From NCBI GenBank assembly GCA_002269645.1, contig NIVC01002307.1, forward strand, positions 1-64,000: 64,000 bases of DNA. The letters are read 5' to 3'. The first letter of the stretch is position 1. Each line of letters starts with the position of its first letter. The notes under the pieces are model-generated. The model was not told the DNA's origin. It made no database searches and saw nothing but the letters and a program-made list of their open reading frames with translations. The position numbers and the translations under genes are program-made. This document shows positions 23,039 through 34,730 of this stretch, piece by piece. This DNA is from Macrostomum lignano (lineage: Eukaryota).

Positions 23039-26000
23039 TTTCCAATTCGCGCTGCACAATCCCCAGCAGCTGCTGCCGATGCTCCCAGCCAGTCTGTCGC
23101 AGCTGACCTCCACAATCAGCGCCACATTCAGAGGCGGCCAAGCGCCAGGCGCCACTCAGCCAACTTTTTGGCAGGCGCTGCGCGAGCTGCTCAGCCCAGA
23201 TGAAGCGGCCAGATTCTCGGCGGCCAGCGACAGCGACAGGGCCCGCTGCCGGGCCTGGCTGCGGGAGCGGATTAACGAGGCCAGTCTGGAGAGATTTGTG
23301 CACACCTACCTGGCCGATCCCGACCTGCTGGCCAGGCACTACGGGCCAGACGCCTTCGTACGCGACCCGGATCTGTGCGCCTCCCTGCCGAACCTGGCCG
23401 CCGGAGTCAACAGCATTCTGTTCGCCGTGTCGCCGCCTGTGGCCTCAGCTGATTTTGGCGGCGGCTGTTTTAGCGACGATCCCAGCGAGGACGATTGCGC
23501 CATTGAGGTGGCCGCAATGGCCATTGATGAGGCGGCTGCGAGGTAGCTATGATTCGACAGGATTTGATCCCAGTGCTATTGGTTTGGGATTTGATCCCAG
23601 TGCTATTGGCTTGGGATTTGATCCCAGTGTTATTGGCTTGGGATTTTATCCCAGTGCTATTGGCTTGGAATTTGATCCCAGTGTTATTGGCATGGGATTT
23701 GATCCCAGTGTTATTGGTTTGGGATTTGATCCCAGTGTTATTGGCTTGGGATTTTATCCCAGTGTTATTGGCTTGGGATTTGATCCCAATGTTATTGGCT
23801 TGGGATTTGATCCCAGTGTTATTGGTTTGGGATTTGATCCCAGTGTTATTGGCTTAGGATTTGATCCCAGTGTTATTGGCTTGGGATTTGATCCCAGTGT
23901 TATTGGCTTGGGATTTGATCCCAGTGCTATTGGCTTGGGATTTGATCCCAATGTTATTGGCTTGGGATTTGATCCCAGTGTTATTGGCTTGGGATTTGAT
24001 CCCAGTGCTATTGGCTTGGAATTTGATCCCAGTGTTATTGGCTTGGGATTTGATCCCAGTGCTATTGGCTTGGGATTTGATCCCAGTGCTATTGGCTTGG
24101 AATTTGATCCCAGTGCTATTGGCTTGGATTGAGGATTTGATCCCAGTGTTATTGGCTTGGGATTTGATCCCAGTGCTATTGGCTTGGGATTTGATCCCAG
24201 TGCTATTGGCTTGGAATTTGATCCCAGTGCTATTGGCTTGGATTGAGGATTTGATCCCAGTGCTATTGGCTTGGGATTTGATCCCAGTGCTATTGGCTTG
24301 GGATTTGATCCCAGTGTTATTGGCTTGGATTGAGGATTTGATCCCAGTGTTATTGGCTTGGATTGAGGATTTGATCCCAGTGTTATTGGCTTGGATTGAG
24401 GATTTGATCCCAGTGTTATTGGCTTGGATTGAGGATTTGATCCCAGTGTTATTGGCTTGGATTGAGGATTTGATCCCAGTGTTATTGGCTTGGATTGAGG
24501 ATTTGATCCCAGTGTTATTGGCTTGGATTGAGAATTGGATCCCATTTTTGATGGTTTGGATTGAGGATTTGATCCCATTTTTGATGGTTTGGATTGAGGA
24601 TTTGATCCCATTTTTGATGGTTTGGATTGAGGATTTGATCCATTTTTGATGGTTTGGATTGAGGATTTGATCCCATTGTTGGTGGTTTGGATTGAGGGAT
24701 TCCTTAACTAATGAAATTCTCCCTACCACAGGCTGGCCGTCGACCCAACCAGCCGAAGCCGGCGCCGCCAGCCGCCCCGGCCAGTCGTTGTCTCCTTCGA
24801 CGACGACGACGCAGTGAGCAGCGCCGGCAGCGAGCTGTCAATCAACCGACCCGACTTCCCCGCGGCAGCTGCCGTTTCCGCCTCCGCCGCTGCTGCCCGC
24901 TCACAGCCGCTGCAGCAGCCGCAGGCGTCGCAACAGCAGCAACAGGCGCCGGCGCCGCCGCTGCCGCCGGCCAGCGAGTCAGGCTACAACACGTCCGCCT
25001 GCTCAGAGGCTGAGGCTTCTCTGGCATCCGGCTCTGCGCCCTGGTTTAGCGTTACTGAGCTGCGACAGGTCCGATGGTTGAAATGCATCATTTAATGTGG
25101 GATCTGGATTCTGTGTGGGATTTTGGCTGGTTGCAGCTATAGGCTCAATTAATGGATCTATAGACCCAAGTGTAGGTCCATAGACTCAAATATCGAATCT
25201 AAAGACTTAAATAAAGGTTCTATAGACTAAATATTAGATCTACAGACCAAGTATAGGATCCACGGACTCAGGGATGGGATCTTTAGACTCGAATATCGGA
25301 TCTATAGGCTCGAATATGGGATCTTTAGACTCGAATATCGGATCTTTAGACTCGAATATAGGATCTTTAGACTCGAATATGGGATCTTTAGACTCGAATA
25401 TGGGATCTTTAGACTCAATTGTAGGATCTATAAACTCCTCAACCTGAGCCTCCCGCCCCCCCCCGCAGGCCCTGCTTGACGTCAGCCGGGCTCGCGAGCG
25501 CGAAGCGGCTGAGCGCCGCCGCGCCGAGGACCAGTGCCGCGCCCTGGAGTCGCAGATCGGCCAGCTGCGCAGGGAGAACGGCCTGCTGTGCCAGGAGGTC
25601 GGCCGCGAGGAGCGCCTTGCCCGACTGGCCGAGATGCACGCCGACCTGTCCGAGCTGTCCGCCCAACTGCAACAGTCGCTGGCTCAGGCCCAGCGGGAGC
25701 TCGAATCTCTGCGCGGCCCCAGCCCGCGCTGTCCGCAGTACCCGCTGTACGTGTGGATTGTCGGCGCCTTCAAGCGGGGCGCCGGACCGACCCGGCATCA
25801 CGTGTACCAGGTGCGCCTGTGTGCTTTATTCAGTGTGATAATAACCGCTCTACCCTGCTGCTTCAATCTACCGCTACAATCTACAGCTCCAAACTACCGC
25901 TCTAAACTACCCCTCCAACCTACCGCTCTAAACTACCCCTCCAACCTACCGCTCTAAACTACCCCTCCAACCTACCGCTCTAACTACTACTTCAATCTAC

Positions 26001-26592
26001 CGCTACAACCTACCGCTCGAACCTACCGCTCCAACCTACCGCTACAATCTACCGCTCAAAACTACCGCTCCAACCTACTGCTCCAACCTACCGCTTCAAT
26101 CTACCGCTCAAAACTACCGCTTCAATCTACCGCTCCAAACTACCGCTTCACTCTATTGCTATAACTACCGCTTCAATCTACGCTCCAACCTACCGCTTCA
26201 ATCTACCGCTACAACCTACCGCTTCACTCAATTGCTATAACTACCGCTTCACTCTACCGCTCTTCCCTACCACTCCAACCTACCACCAGATCTACTGCCA
26301 GACGCCCGCCTACGATTGGTCGGCCTTCCGCCGCTACCGGCAATTCCACGAGTCGCACGAATCGCTGTGCCAGCTCTACCCGGACATTGCCGACTTCTAT
26401 TTCCCGCCGAAGGTGGCCAACAGTCTTCGGGAAGAGGTGGCCAAGCAGAGAATGCGAGCGCTGCAGACTTACCTTCGCGATGTTGTTAACTACCTGTGCG
26501 CCAAGGTGCCGGGCGTCACACAGGAGCACCAGCTGCGGCAGCACCTGCCCCTGCTGCTTGACAGAGAGAGCCTGGTGTCCCGGACGGATTGA
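21543..26592 (+). CDS. SNX29: Sorting nexin-29 (RUN, coiled coil, PX), 577 aa
   Basis: Exons 21543-21661, 22910-23542, 24732-25068, 25469-25810, 26290-26592 total 1734 nt in frame. Motifs: AVKACQRRFGGRRELAS, RAWLRERINEASLERF, AAGVNSILFA, VVSFDDDD, LAEMHADL, VWIVGAFKRG...HHVYQ, RRYRQFH....YP......FPPK. Confidence 0.95.
21673..22826. repeat. 23-bp minisatellite (gagatctatcggattcagtcact) x~50, SNX29 intron 1
   Basis: Direct reading; it fills almost the whole intron. Confidence 0.95.
23560..24700. repeat. 27/33-bp minisatellite (gggatttgatcccagtgttattggctt), SNX29 intron 2
   Basis: Direct reading; the 33-bp variant dominates the 3' half. Confidence 0.95.
25160..25435. repeat. 21-bp minisatellite (gggatctttagactcgaatat), SNX29 intron 3
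   Basis: Degenerate at the 5' end, homogeneous at the 3' end. Confidence 0.85.
25845..26285. repeat. ~13-bp minisatellite (ctaccgctccaac), SNX29 intron 4
   Basis: Runs up to the acceptor at 26289. Confidence 0.9.
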
Positions 26593-26699
26593 CTGAGCAA
26601 TAACCAGGCTGCTCATCTTCTGTCCCGCTTTTTATTCTGTTTGAGGCATGGGCGTTGCCAGGGGGTGAACGAGGGGGCACTGACCCTTCTTAGTTTGCT

Positions 26700-27660
26700 G
26701 GCATCCCTCCAATCAAGTCAAACGGCACTTCCATCAAATCAAATGGCACTTCCATCAAATCAAATGGCACTCCTATCAAATCAAGTGGCACTCCCATCAA
26801 ATCAAATGACACTCCGATCAAATCAAGTGACACTCCCATCAAATCAAATGGCACTTCCATCAAATCAAATGGCACTTCCATAAAATCAAATGGCACTTCC
26901 ATAAAATCAAATGGCACTTCCATCAAATCAAATGGCACTCCTATCATATCAAATGGCACTCCCGTCAAATCAAATGGCACTCCCGTCAAATGAAATGGCA
27001 CTCCCGTCAAATCAAGTGACACTACTATCAAATCAAATAGCACCCAATCAAATCAAATGGCACCCAATCAAATCAAATGGCACTCCCATCAAATCAAACG
27101 GCACTCCAATCAAATCAAATGGCACTCCAATCAAATCAAATGGCACTTCCATCAAATCAAATGGCACTTCCATCAAATCAAATGGCACTCCTATCAAATC
27201 AAGTGGCACTCCCATCAAATCAAATGGCACTCCGATCAAATCAAGTGGCACTCCCATCAAATCAAATGGCACTTCCATCAAATCAAATGGCACTTCCATC
27301 AAATCAAATGGCACTTCCATAAAATCAAATGGCACTTCCATAAAATCAAATGGCACTTCCATCAAATCAAATGGCACTCCTATCATATCAAATGGCACTC
27401 CCGTCAAATCAAATGGCACTCCCGTCAAATCAAGTGACACTACTATCAAATCAAATAGCACCCAATCAAATCAAATGGCACCCAATCAAATCAAATGGCA
27501 CTCCCATCAAATCAAACGGCACTCCAATCAAATCAAATGGCACTCCAATCAAATCAAATGGCACTTCCATCAAATCAAATGGCACTCCTATCATATCAAA
27601 TGGCACTCCCGTCAAATCAAGTGGCACTCCCATCAAATCAAATCAAATGGCACTCCCGTC
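26700..27660. repeat. 21-bp minisatellite (aatcaaatggcactcccatca)
   Basis: About 45 units, with an internal ~420-bp higher-order duplication (marker gtgacactactatc near 27015 and 27433). Confidence 0.95.
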
Positions 27661-28094
27661 AATAGAAACGGAGGCAGTGTCAGTATTTTGCTGCAGGTTC
27701 CAGCTCAGGATTCGGCTCATTTAGAGCAGGATTTATTTTTTTGTAAAATTCTGCCACCCCTAATTGTTGCAGATTATCGCAGCTCTATAGGATTATAGTG
27801 TGTAATCTTGTTAATTTCCTTTTCGTTAGTCAACTATTGATTAAATTTTACTTTTATTTGTCTTTCCATGCGCTTGTATTGATCATGGCTTCGGGCTGAT
27901 TGAGTTTGAAATTGTATTGCAGACTATAATAATCGGTATTATCTATTGCATGTGTGCCACCCTGCCTGTACTCCACGCCTCACGAGTCACACCAATTTTA
28001 GCTAACTCTGTGCTCTACCTCTGGCTCGAAACTGCTCCTGTCGCTTCTTTCCCATCTGACTGACGCACCTCTGCCTTCTGCCTTGCTCACGTCC

Positions 28095-28700
28095 CACCCT
28101 CTCCTCTCCCTTGCTTCCCCTCTCCTCTCCTCTCCTCTCCTCTCTTCTCCTCTCCTCCCTTCTCCTCTCCTCTCCTCTCTTCTTTTCTCCTCTCCTCTCT
28201 TCTCCTCTCTTCTCTCTCCTCTCCTCTCCCCACCTCTCCTCTCTTCTCCTCTCTTCTCTCTCCTATCCTCTCCCCACCTCTCCTCTCTTCTCCTCTCTTC
28301 TCTCTCCTATCCTCTCCCCACCTCTCCTCTCTTCTCCTCTCTTCTCTCTCCTATCCTCTCCCCACCTCTCCTCTCTTCTCCTCTCTTCTCTCTCCTCTCC
28401 TCTCCCCTCCCCTCCTCTCTTCTCCTCTCTTCTCTCTCCTCTCCTCTCCCCTCCTCTCCTCTCTTCTCCTCTCCTCTCTTCTACTCTCTTCTCTTCTCTC
28501 CTCTCCTCTCTTCTCTTCTCTCCTCTCCTCTCCTCTCCTCTCTTCTCCTCTCCTTTCCTCTCCTCTCCTCTCTTCTCCTCTCTTCTCTTCTCTCCTCTCC
28601 TCTCCTCTCTTCTCTCCTCTCCTCTCTTCTCTCCTCTCCTCTCCTCTTCATCTCTCCCCTCTCTAGCTACTCCCTCCATCTCCTCTCCCCTCATTCGGAC
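28095..28700. repeat. Polypyrimidine (CTCTC/CCTCT) low-complexity tract
   Basis: Almost exclusively C/T for about 600 bp. Confidence 0.92.
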
Positions 28701-30298
28701 ATTCCCCTCTCTCCTGAGTCTCCATCCGTTCTATGCCCTCCTTTCCTCCCCCTCTTTCTTTTGCTTCTTCCTTCCGTTGATCAACAGTTATTTTAAAATA
28801 TTCCCATCTTGACTGGCCAATTTAAAATTTGCAGCATACGAAATCCTCATTGACTGTTCCCTAATGTTTTAATCTTTAGTAGCAACGCGCGCATGCACTA
28901 CTATTATCCACAAACCCGTGTCTCTGTTTTTGATATTTTAAATCATTTGTTCTGCACACACCGCACTGGAACTCTGCAATCTCTATGCTGTTTTAGAGGT
29001 AGTAATAATTGCCCTTCTCTTACCTTGACAATTTCACTGTTAATCGGGTGAAATAATTGCCAACCCAGCGTTTCAAATGAATTTGTACAGTCAACACACA
29101 GCCTATAGAAGTTGTGCGCCAGTGCGCCAATATTGAACGCTGCTAGATATTTGTTGTGCATGCAAATTTGTGTTTAATCTCTATTTTTCCTAGCTTGTTT
29201 TGTCTGTTTTTGTTTTCAAATCCTATGCCAGAGTTCGTATTTGACAAGGCAATATCAAATATTCCTAATTTCTATTGTGCTCCTACATTCAAATATAGCA
29301 TAAGCTTCATTTATTCTTAATAAATTCTGATTTGATTATGAAAAAAGTTCTGGTGATCTGATTAATTAATATTCATTTGCTAATGTGTTTATAAATTTCG
29401 GCCATTTTTTATTCTAGTTTTGTAAAAAAACCTTAAAAATCAATTTATGCTACTCACTTCGAGACGTCAGTAGTAAGAAATAAATTTTTTTTTAAACTAT
29501 ACAGTGAAACTGGAAACTACGTATTGTCATATTGTGCAATCGTATGCATTTTATAAGTTAGATCTTTTTACAGAAAATTCAAAAAATATATTAACACTAC
29601 AGAGTACATTGTGTCATTTATTAGCAATGGTGTTACTGTTTGTGCGGCTGGTAAGAACTGAAGTTGAAAAATTTTAATAGTAAGGGACTTAGGGCGTGAG
29701 GAATTAAGTGTAGGCGTTTAAACAAAAAATCCTTTCTTGCGAATTGTGTAGACAATGAGATTATGAATCAATCTGTTTCATAATTGCACATCCGCGTTTT
29801 AAGAGTATTGTTTAACTCAAAGACTTCTCTAGTAGAGTCAAGGGAAGCTAAGTTTCAAGGGAATCAGCAAAGGAAGGCAGATTTGACCAAAAAAATACAT
29901 TATGGAGATAGAAGTGTCAATTTTTTCTAAACCAATTTTTTTTGCTTTTGATAGGAGGCAGGCCAAAGTTTATCTTTTGATATATGTATTTTCTCATCCT
30001 ACTTAAGTAGTCCTTGGTTTAACTTTGTCCAGTTTTGGCGCGAATTTAAATTAGATTCAATAATTAACTTCAAGGTCCAGGTTCCCACTTGCTAGTACAA
30101 GCGGACAATGTGTTCTCATTTTTATTAACCCCAAGACTACGGATGGCCTGCTCTGCATCATGTCATCATGGACTACTATAGTACGAGGTAGAAGGCCCGC
30201 GCTACACTCGATTTTCTTAGAAAGGAGCTTGTCGTACCGCCCGTGCATTTAATGTGCTCTCGGGAAATCGGATTTTCCTCGACCGAATTCGTCTATGG

Positions 30299-30701
30299 CC
30301 GGGGTCGGCAAATTGTTTTACCTCAAGGGCCAGATAGAGAACCCAGAGCATCACTGCGGCCCGGAACAGGTGAGAGAGCAAAGGGAATGGAGATGAGAAT
30401 GATATAGGGGAAAGGAGATACGAGGGAATACAGGAGAAGAGAGGAGACGAGACGAGAGGAGGGGAGATGAGATGAAAGGAGATGAGAGCAGAGAAGAGGA
30501 GAGGAGATAAGAAGAGAGGAGAGAAGAGGAGATAGCAGCAGCAGAGGAGAAGAGAGGTGAGGGTGAGGTGAGGGTGGAGAGGAGAGGAGAGGGGAGATTA
30601 GAGAGAACAGCGCTGAGAAGAGATGTTAACGTTTAGCTGATCGGATTGCTTTTGCGAAGTTTCAAAGGACCCGAGGGTCGGATAGAGAGGCATGACCCCT
30701 G
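30299..30701 (+). mobile_element. hAT/Charlie-type MITE (MER58-like ends) with internal GA-rich tract
   Basis: Left end CCGGGGTCGGCAAA...AAGGGCCAGATAG...TGCGG(G)CC and right end GACCCCTG. 8-bp flanks are GTCTATGG (30291-30298) and GTCCATGG (30702-30709), 7/8 identical, as expected for a hAT TSD. Confidence 0.8.
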
Positions 30702-30909
30702 GTCCATGGCAAAACCCTTGACTTAGCTGCAGGGCGGTCCGAAGAATGGCAAAACCCTGTTCAGCGCTACGTTCTGGACCTCCTTACCTTCTCATTTCTA
30801 AGAAAACCAAGCGTATCGAATTTCTTACTTCAGTTTTGAATGCTTGCCATTTGTAATTTTAGTCTACTACTTCAGTCGCTGATAATCAGTCAATCGTCGA
30901 TATTCGAAT

Positions 30910-32904
30910 TCAACCAAGCAGCTCTGGCTTGACGGTACCAGCTATGTCGCTGGTTGAACCGCCGGCTACAGCAGCCGATGCGGCCGCAGCCGCCGCCACG
31001 ATGTCCCGCGGCCAGCGAAGCCCCGGATGCGACTGCTGCTGCTGCTGTTGCTGGTGTTGCGGCTGCTGCTGCTGCTGTTGTTGTTGTTGTTGATGCCGGC
31101 CCCGCTGGGTCACCTGGTCAATGGGCCTACGGGAACGGTCTGACTGCAACATGGCACAGCCAGCCGTCAATGCCCCGCTCACCATAGGACAGGGGCCTTG
31201 CACCACCGCGTCGCCGCGTGAGTGTGCAGAGGGCATGTCGGTGAGCCTGCCACCAGGTCCACCAGGGTCAACCCCAGCAGAGGGGCCGGAATTCCAGCTT
31301 TCGTGTCCGTGGCCAACGGACCTTCCACCCCACGCCTGACAGTCCAGCACTGGCGGCCAGCCCCGATGGGGTCTAGCCAGTGTCTGGAGCTGCTCGGAGG
31401 CCTGCTGGATGTGAGGCTGCTGCTGCTGCTGCGACATCTGCTGCGACTGCGCTGACTGCTGGGCCGCCGCTGAGTATGAGCGATGATGATAAGTCGGAGC
31501 TGCCGCGGCCGAAGCTGGCATTGGCTGAGCAATGCCGCCGTACTGCTGGTTGTACCAGTGCGCCATCGTGGTGTACGCGGCCGCCTGCTGCTGGCTGCTG
31601 TGCGCGGCGAGCAGCCAGTCGGTGTAGGCGGCGGCCGACTGCTGCTGGTGGTAGCGGGCCAGATCGCCCTCCAGGCCGCTGGCCATCTGCAGATTCTGCA
31701 ACAGGCCGGCGAAGTCGAATCTGTAAGCGTAGCGCTTGCCGTGCACTTTAGTGAGGATGTTCTTGTCGTAATAGTAGCGCAGCGCCCTGCTCAGCTTGTC
31801 GTAGTTCATGTTGGGCTTGGACTTCCTGGCGCCCCATTTGCGGGCCACCTCCTCGGGGTCGACGATTTTGAACTCGCCGTTGGGGCTCTCCCAGGCGATG
31901 ATCTTGCTCTGGCCGCTGTCGGACAGCAGCTCAAGGAGGAATTGCCACAGTTGCACCTGCCCCGAGCCTGCGGATGCAAGTAGGATTATGGGAACTGAGC
32001 CATGACAACTAATACAGAAGGTTGCTACACTCGCAACTTGGTTCAAATTGCTGAGCGTCAGACAACGTCACAGGGTGCGTTTCAGGGCCTGCTGGTGCGA
32101 ACGTAGGCCGCACCACCGGCAGAGTCCGGGGCGCCAGCATCAGCCAGCAAGAAGTCGACGAAACACCGAGTGCGCGCCTGCTCCGGCTGCGGGCAGTTGC
32201 GACTTGGCTCGGATGATGTGGCCTGGCAGCTGGAGTCTCCGCCGAGGCCCTGACGGGCAGGTGACGAAGCTTCCGCGCTGTCAGCAGTTCGTCTACCTCG
32301 GCGGTCTGGGGCCTGACGTTCTCGAGGATCTGCGACATCGCCGAGGACTTGCCTGGGCTGCCTTTCGCTCCGTGACGGCTGTCCTGCAGTCTGAGGCCCT
32401 GTCTGACCGCCAGAGGGCGGCGTTGTTTCAGGCGGTGATCGAGACCGTCCTGTTGTACAACGCCGAGACCTGGACTCTTGGGAGCCTCGCTCGAACAGCA
32501 GGTCGATGCGACACACGCTGGCCTGCTGCGCGCCGCCTTCAAGATCGGCTATGAGCGAGTCACCAATGCGGCGCTCTATCGCCGCAGTGGCCTGTCCCGT
32601 CCCAGCAAAATTTCGCCTTCCGAACTTCCGAAATTCCAAATCGAGCAATTTCATGCACTTTCAAACATGAACTTGATACTATCGACTGGATAGACTTTCT
32701 AAAGCCCTCACTTTTATATTTTAGTCCGGAATTAATTTTTTCTTTGAATAAAGTTTACTTCTTTCTTAAAAAACTAAAGGTCCCGAACAGGTCTTCAATT
32801 ATGAATTGAACTTCAAGGAAATTCCTTCTACAGATAGGCAAAAGTCTCACCTGCAGTAGCCAGCTTCTTAGCCAACGGTCCCAGAATGTGGTAGGGATCA
32901 ACCA
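30910..32904 (-). CDS. ERG-class ETS transcription factor unit B (Ets21C/FEV-like divergent paralog); 5' exons uncertain
   Basis: Exon 32904-32851 ([18 protein letters not shown]) splices in phase 1 to terminal exon 31967-30910 ([16 protein letters not shown]...[36 protein letters not shown]), followed by a Q/A-rich tail. Confidence 0.92.
32050..32606. mobile_element. Truncated RTE-like non-LTR retrotransposon with internal inversion, in ETS-B intron
   Basis: + strand 32246-32606 encodes the RT C-terminus (FVYLGG...AWAAFRSV...[19 protein letters not shown]...LLRAAF...[16 protein letters not shown], one frameshift near 32478). - strand 32244-32068 encodes the continuation [13 protein letters not shown]...[15 protein letters not shown]...ALKRTL*. 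Confidence 0.85.
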
Positions 32905-33874
32905 CTGAAATTGAAACAGAAGTTCAAGAAACAGAAGAAGCCTTAAAATGCACTGGGCGTGTGTCTGTCTATGCATTACAACCGGAAACGGGTCTCACTG
33001 TGCGTGTCGCGCCAATAATAGTTGAACTCCATGCCGAGCTTGCGGTAAATTCCTTTTGTCCTGAGCCGAAGCACAACGAGATAGGAAAGTTGAGCTTTGG
33101 AGCCTTGATGATCTCTTTGAGAAGGGAGAGGATGAGGCGTTAAAGAAGTAGGAAGGAGTCTGGGGTGGCTGCTGCCGCTGGGGGGAAGGAAGCTCGGCCG
33201 GCAGGCCCTGAGTAGCGCCATTTTATACAGGTAGTGAGGCATTTGATGTGATTTGCGCCGAAAATTTACATGCCGACACAGTTGAGTTGGCATTGAAATT
33301 CGCCTCTCGTATCTGCCCAGCCCCCCTCCCCCCGGCCCCAGCCTGTTTATGTAAATCGCATTAGAGACACCCCGCAATTAACGGCCAGGCTGTCGGGTCA
33401 ACAAGATTTCCCTAACCTGGCTTGGCCCGCCAAGCGGCATAATTCAATACCCAGAGCGCGCAGTCGGGTGTTGATTAGGCCCCCGCCCGCGAGGCTGGCT
33501 GCGGCGGGCAGAATCTGGGAGCCGCCAGCTTGATTTCTGAGCCCATTGATGCGGCTAATGATCGCGTCATTGTGGCTCGAGTCCCGCCTGTCCTAACCGA
33601 ATCACCGGCTCAGGGGCCGGGGCTCGGTGCGGAGACTGCGCAGTGATGATGAGCGGAGTTGAGCAGGGGGTGCTGGCGCCGCTCACTCTGGCATACCAAG
33701 TAGGAAGTTCTGGGAAATATGCAGGGAAACCCGTGCCTTCCTCTCCTGCTGGCTTCCCCAGCCTGCAGAAACTGGAGCTGGAAAACTTGGAGCCCGAGAC
33801 AGCTTTTTCTGCCATTTTGTGTCAGAAATAAACCATAGAATACAGCTAGGCGTTGGCATGCTCCCGTTGGCGCC

Positions 33875-34730
33875 TAACTATAAGTGCCTTTCCTCAGTTG
33901 GCGCCAAACGCCGAGTGTACTTATTCAGTTGGCGCCAAACAACGCTCGTATAAGTGTCCATCCTCAGTTGTCGCCAAATTATAAGTGTCCATCCTCAGTT
34001 GTCGCCAAATTATAAGTGTCCACCCTCAGTTGTCGCCAAATTATAAGTGTCCATCCTCAGTTGGCGCCAAATTATAAGTGTCCATCCTCCGATGGCGCCA
34101 AATTATAAGTGTCCATCCTCCGTTGTCGCCAAACTATAAGTGTCCATCCTCCGATGGCGCCAAATTATAAGTGTCCATCCTCAGTTGTCGCCAAATTATG
34201 TGTCCATCCTCAGTTGGCGCCAAATTATAAGTGTCCATCCTCCGATGGCGCCAAATTATAAGTGTCCATCCTCAGTTGTCGCCAAATTATAAGTGTCCAT
34301 CCTCCGTTGTCGCCAAATTATAAGTGTCCATCCTCAGATGGCGCCAAATTATAAGTGTCCATCCTCAGTTGGCGCCAAATTATGTGTCCATCCTCAGTTG
34401 GCGCCAAATTATAAGTGTCCATCCTCCGATGGCGGTCAAACTATAAGTGTCCTTCCTCCGTTGTCGCCAAACTATAAGTGTCCTTCCTCAGATGGCGCCA
34501 AACTATAAGAGTGTCCTTCCTCTATTAGCACACCAAACTATAAGTGTCCTTACTCCATTAGCGCTAACCTATAAGAGTTTTTCCTCCATTAGCGCCAAAC
34601 TATAAGAGTTTTTCCTCCATTAGCGCCAAACTATAGGTGTCTTTCCTCAGTTGGTGCCGACCTATAAGAGTCCTTCCTCCATCAGCGCCAAACTATAGGT
34701 GTCTTTCCTCCGTTGACGCCAAACGTGTTG
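33875..34730. repeat. 31-bp minisatellite (ttggcgccaaattataagtgtccatcctcag) x~27
   Basis: Direct reading; the unit carries the palindromes TTGGCGCCAA and TTATAA. Confidence 0.93.

Noticed and set aside
23200-24729. Long ORFs of 260-310 aa (GFDPSVIGL, SNPQSKPITLG repeats)
   Set aside because: They are readouts of a 27/33-bp minisatellite within SNX29 intron 2; periods divisible by 3 keep frames open on both strands.
26641-28812. Repeat ORFs (ALPSNQM, IKSNGT, SSPLL); likewise 47.4-48.2, 50.5-51.8 and 62.9-63.3 kb
   Set aside because: All derive from tandem or low-complexity DNA.
33686-33763. Exon-like segments for ETS-B (also donor at 35790, 36-nt segment near 42424-42459)
   Set aside because: The first two are phase-incompatible with the DPY exon; the third is phase-compatible but has no homology or other support.
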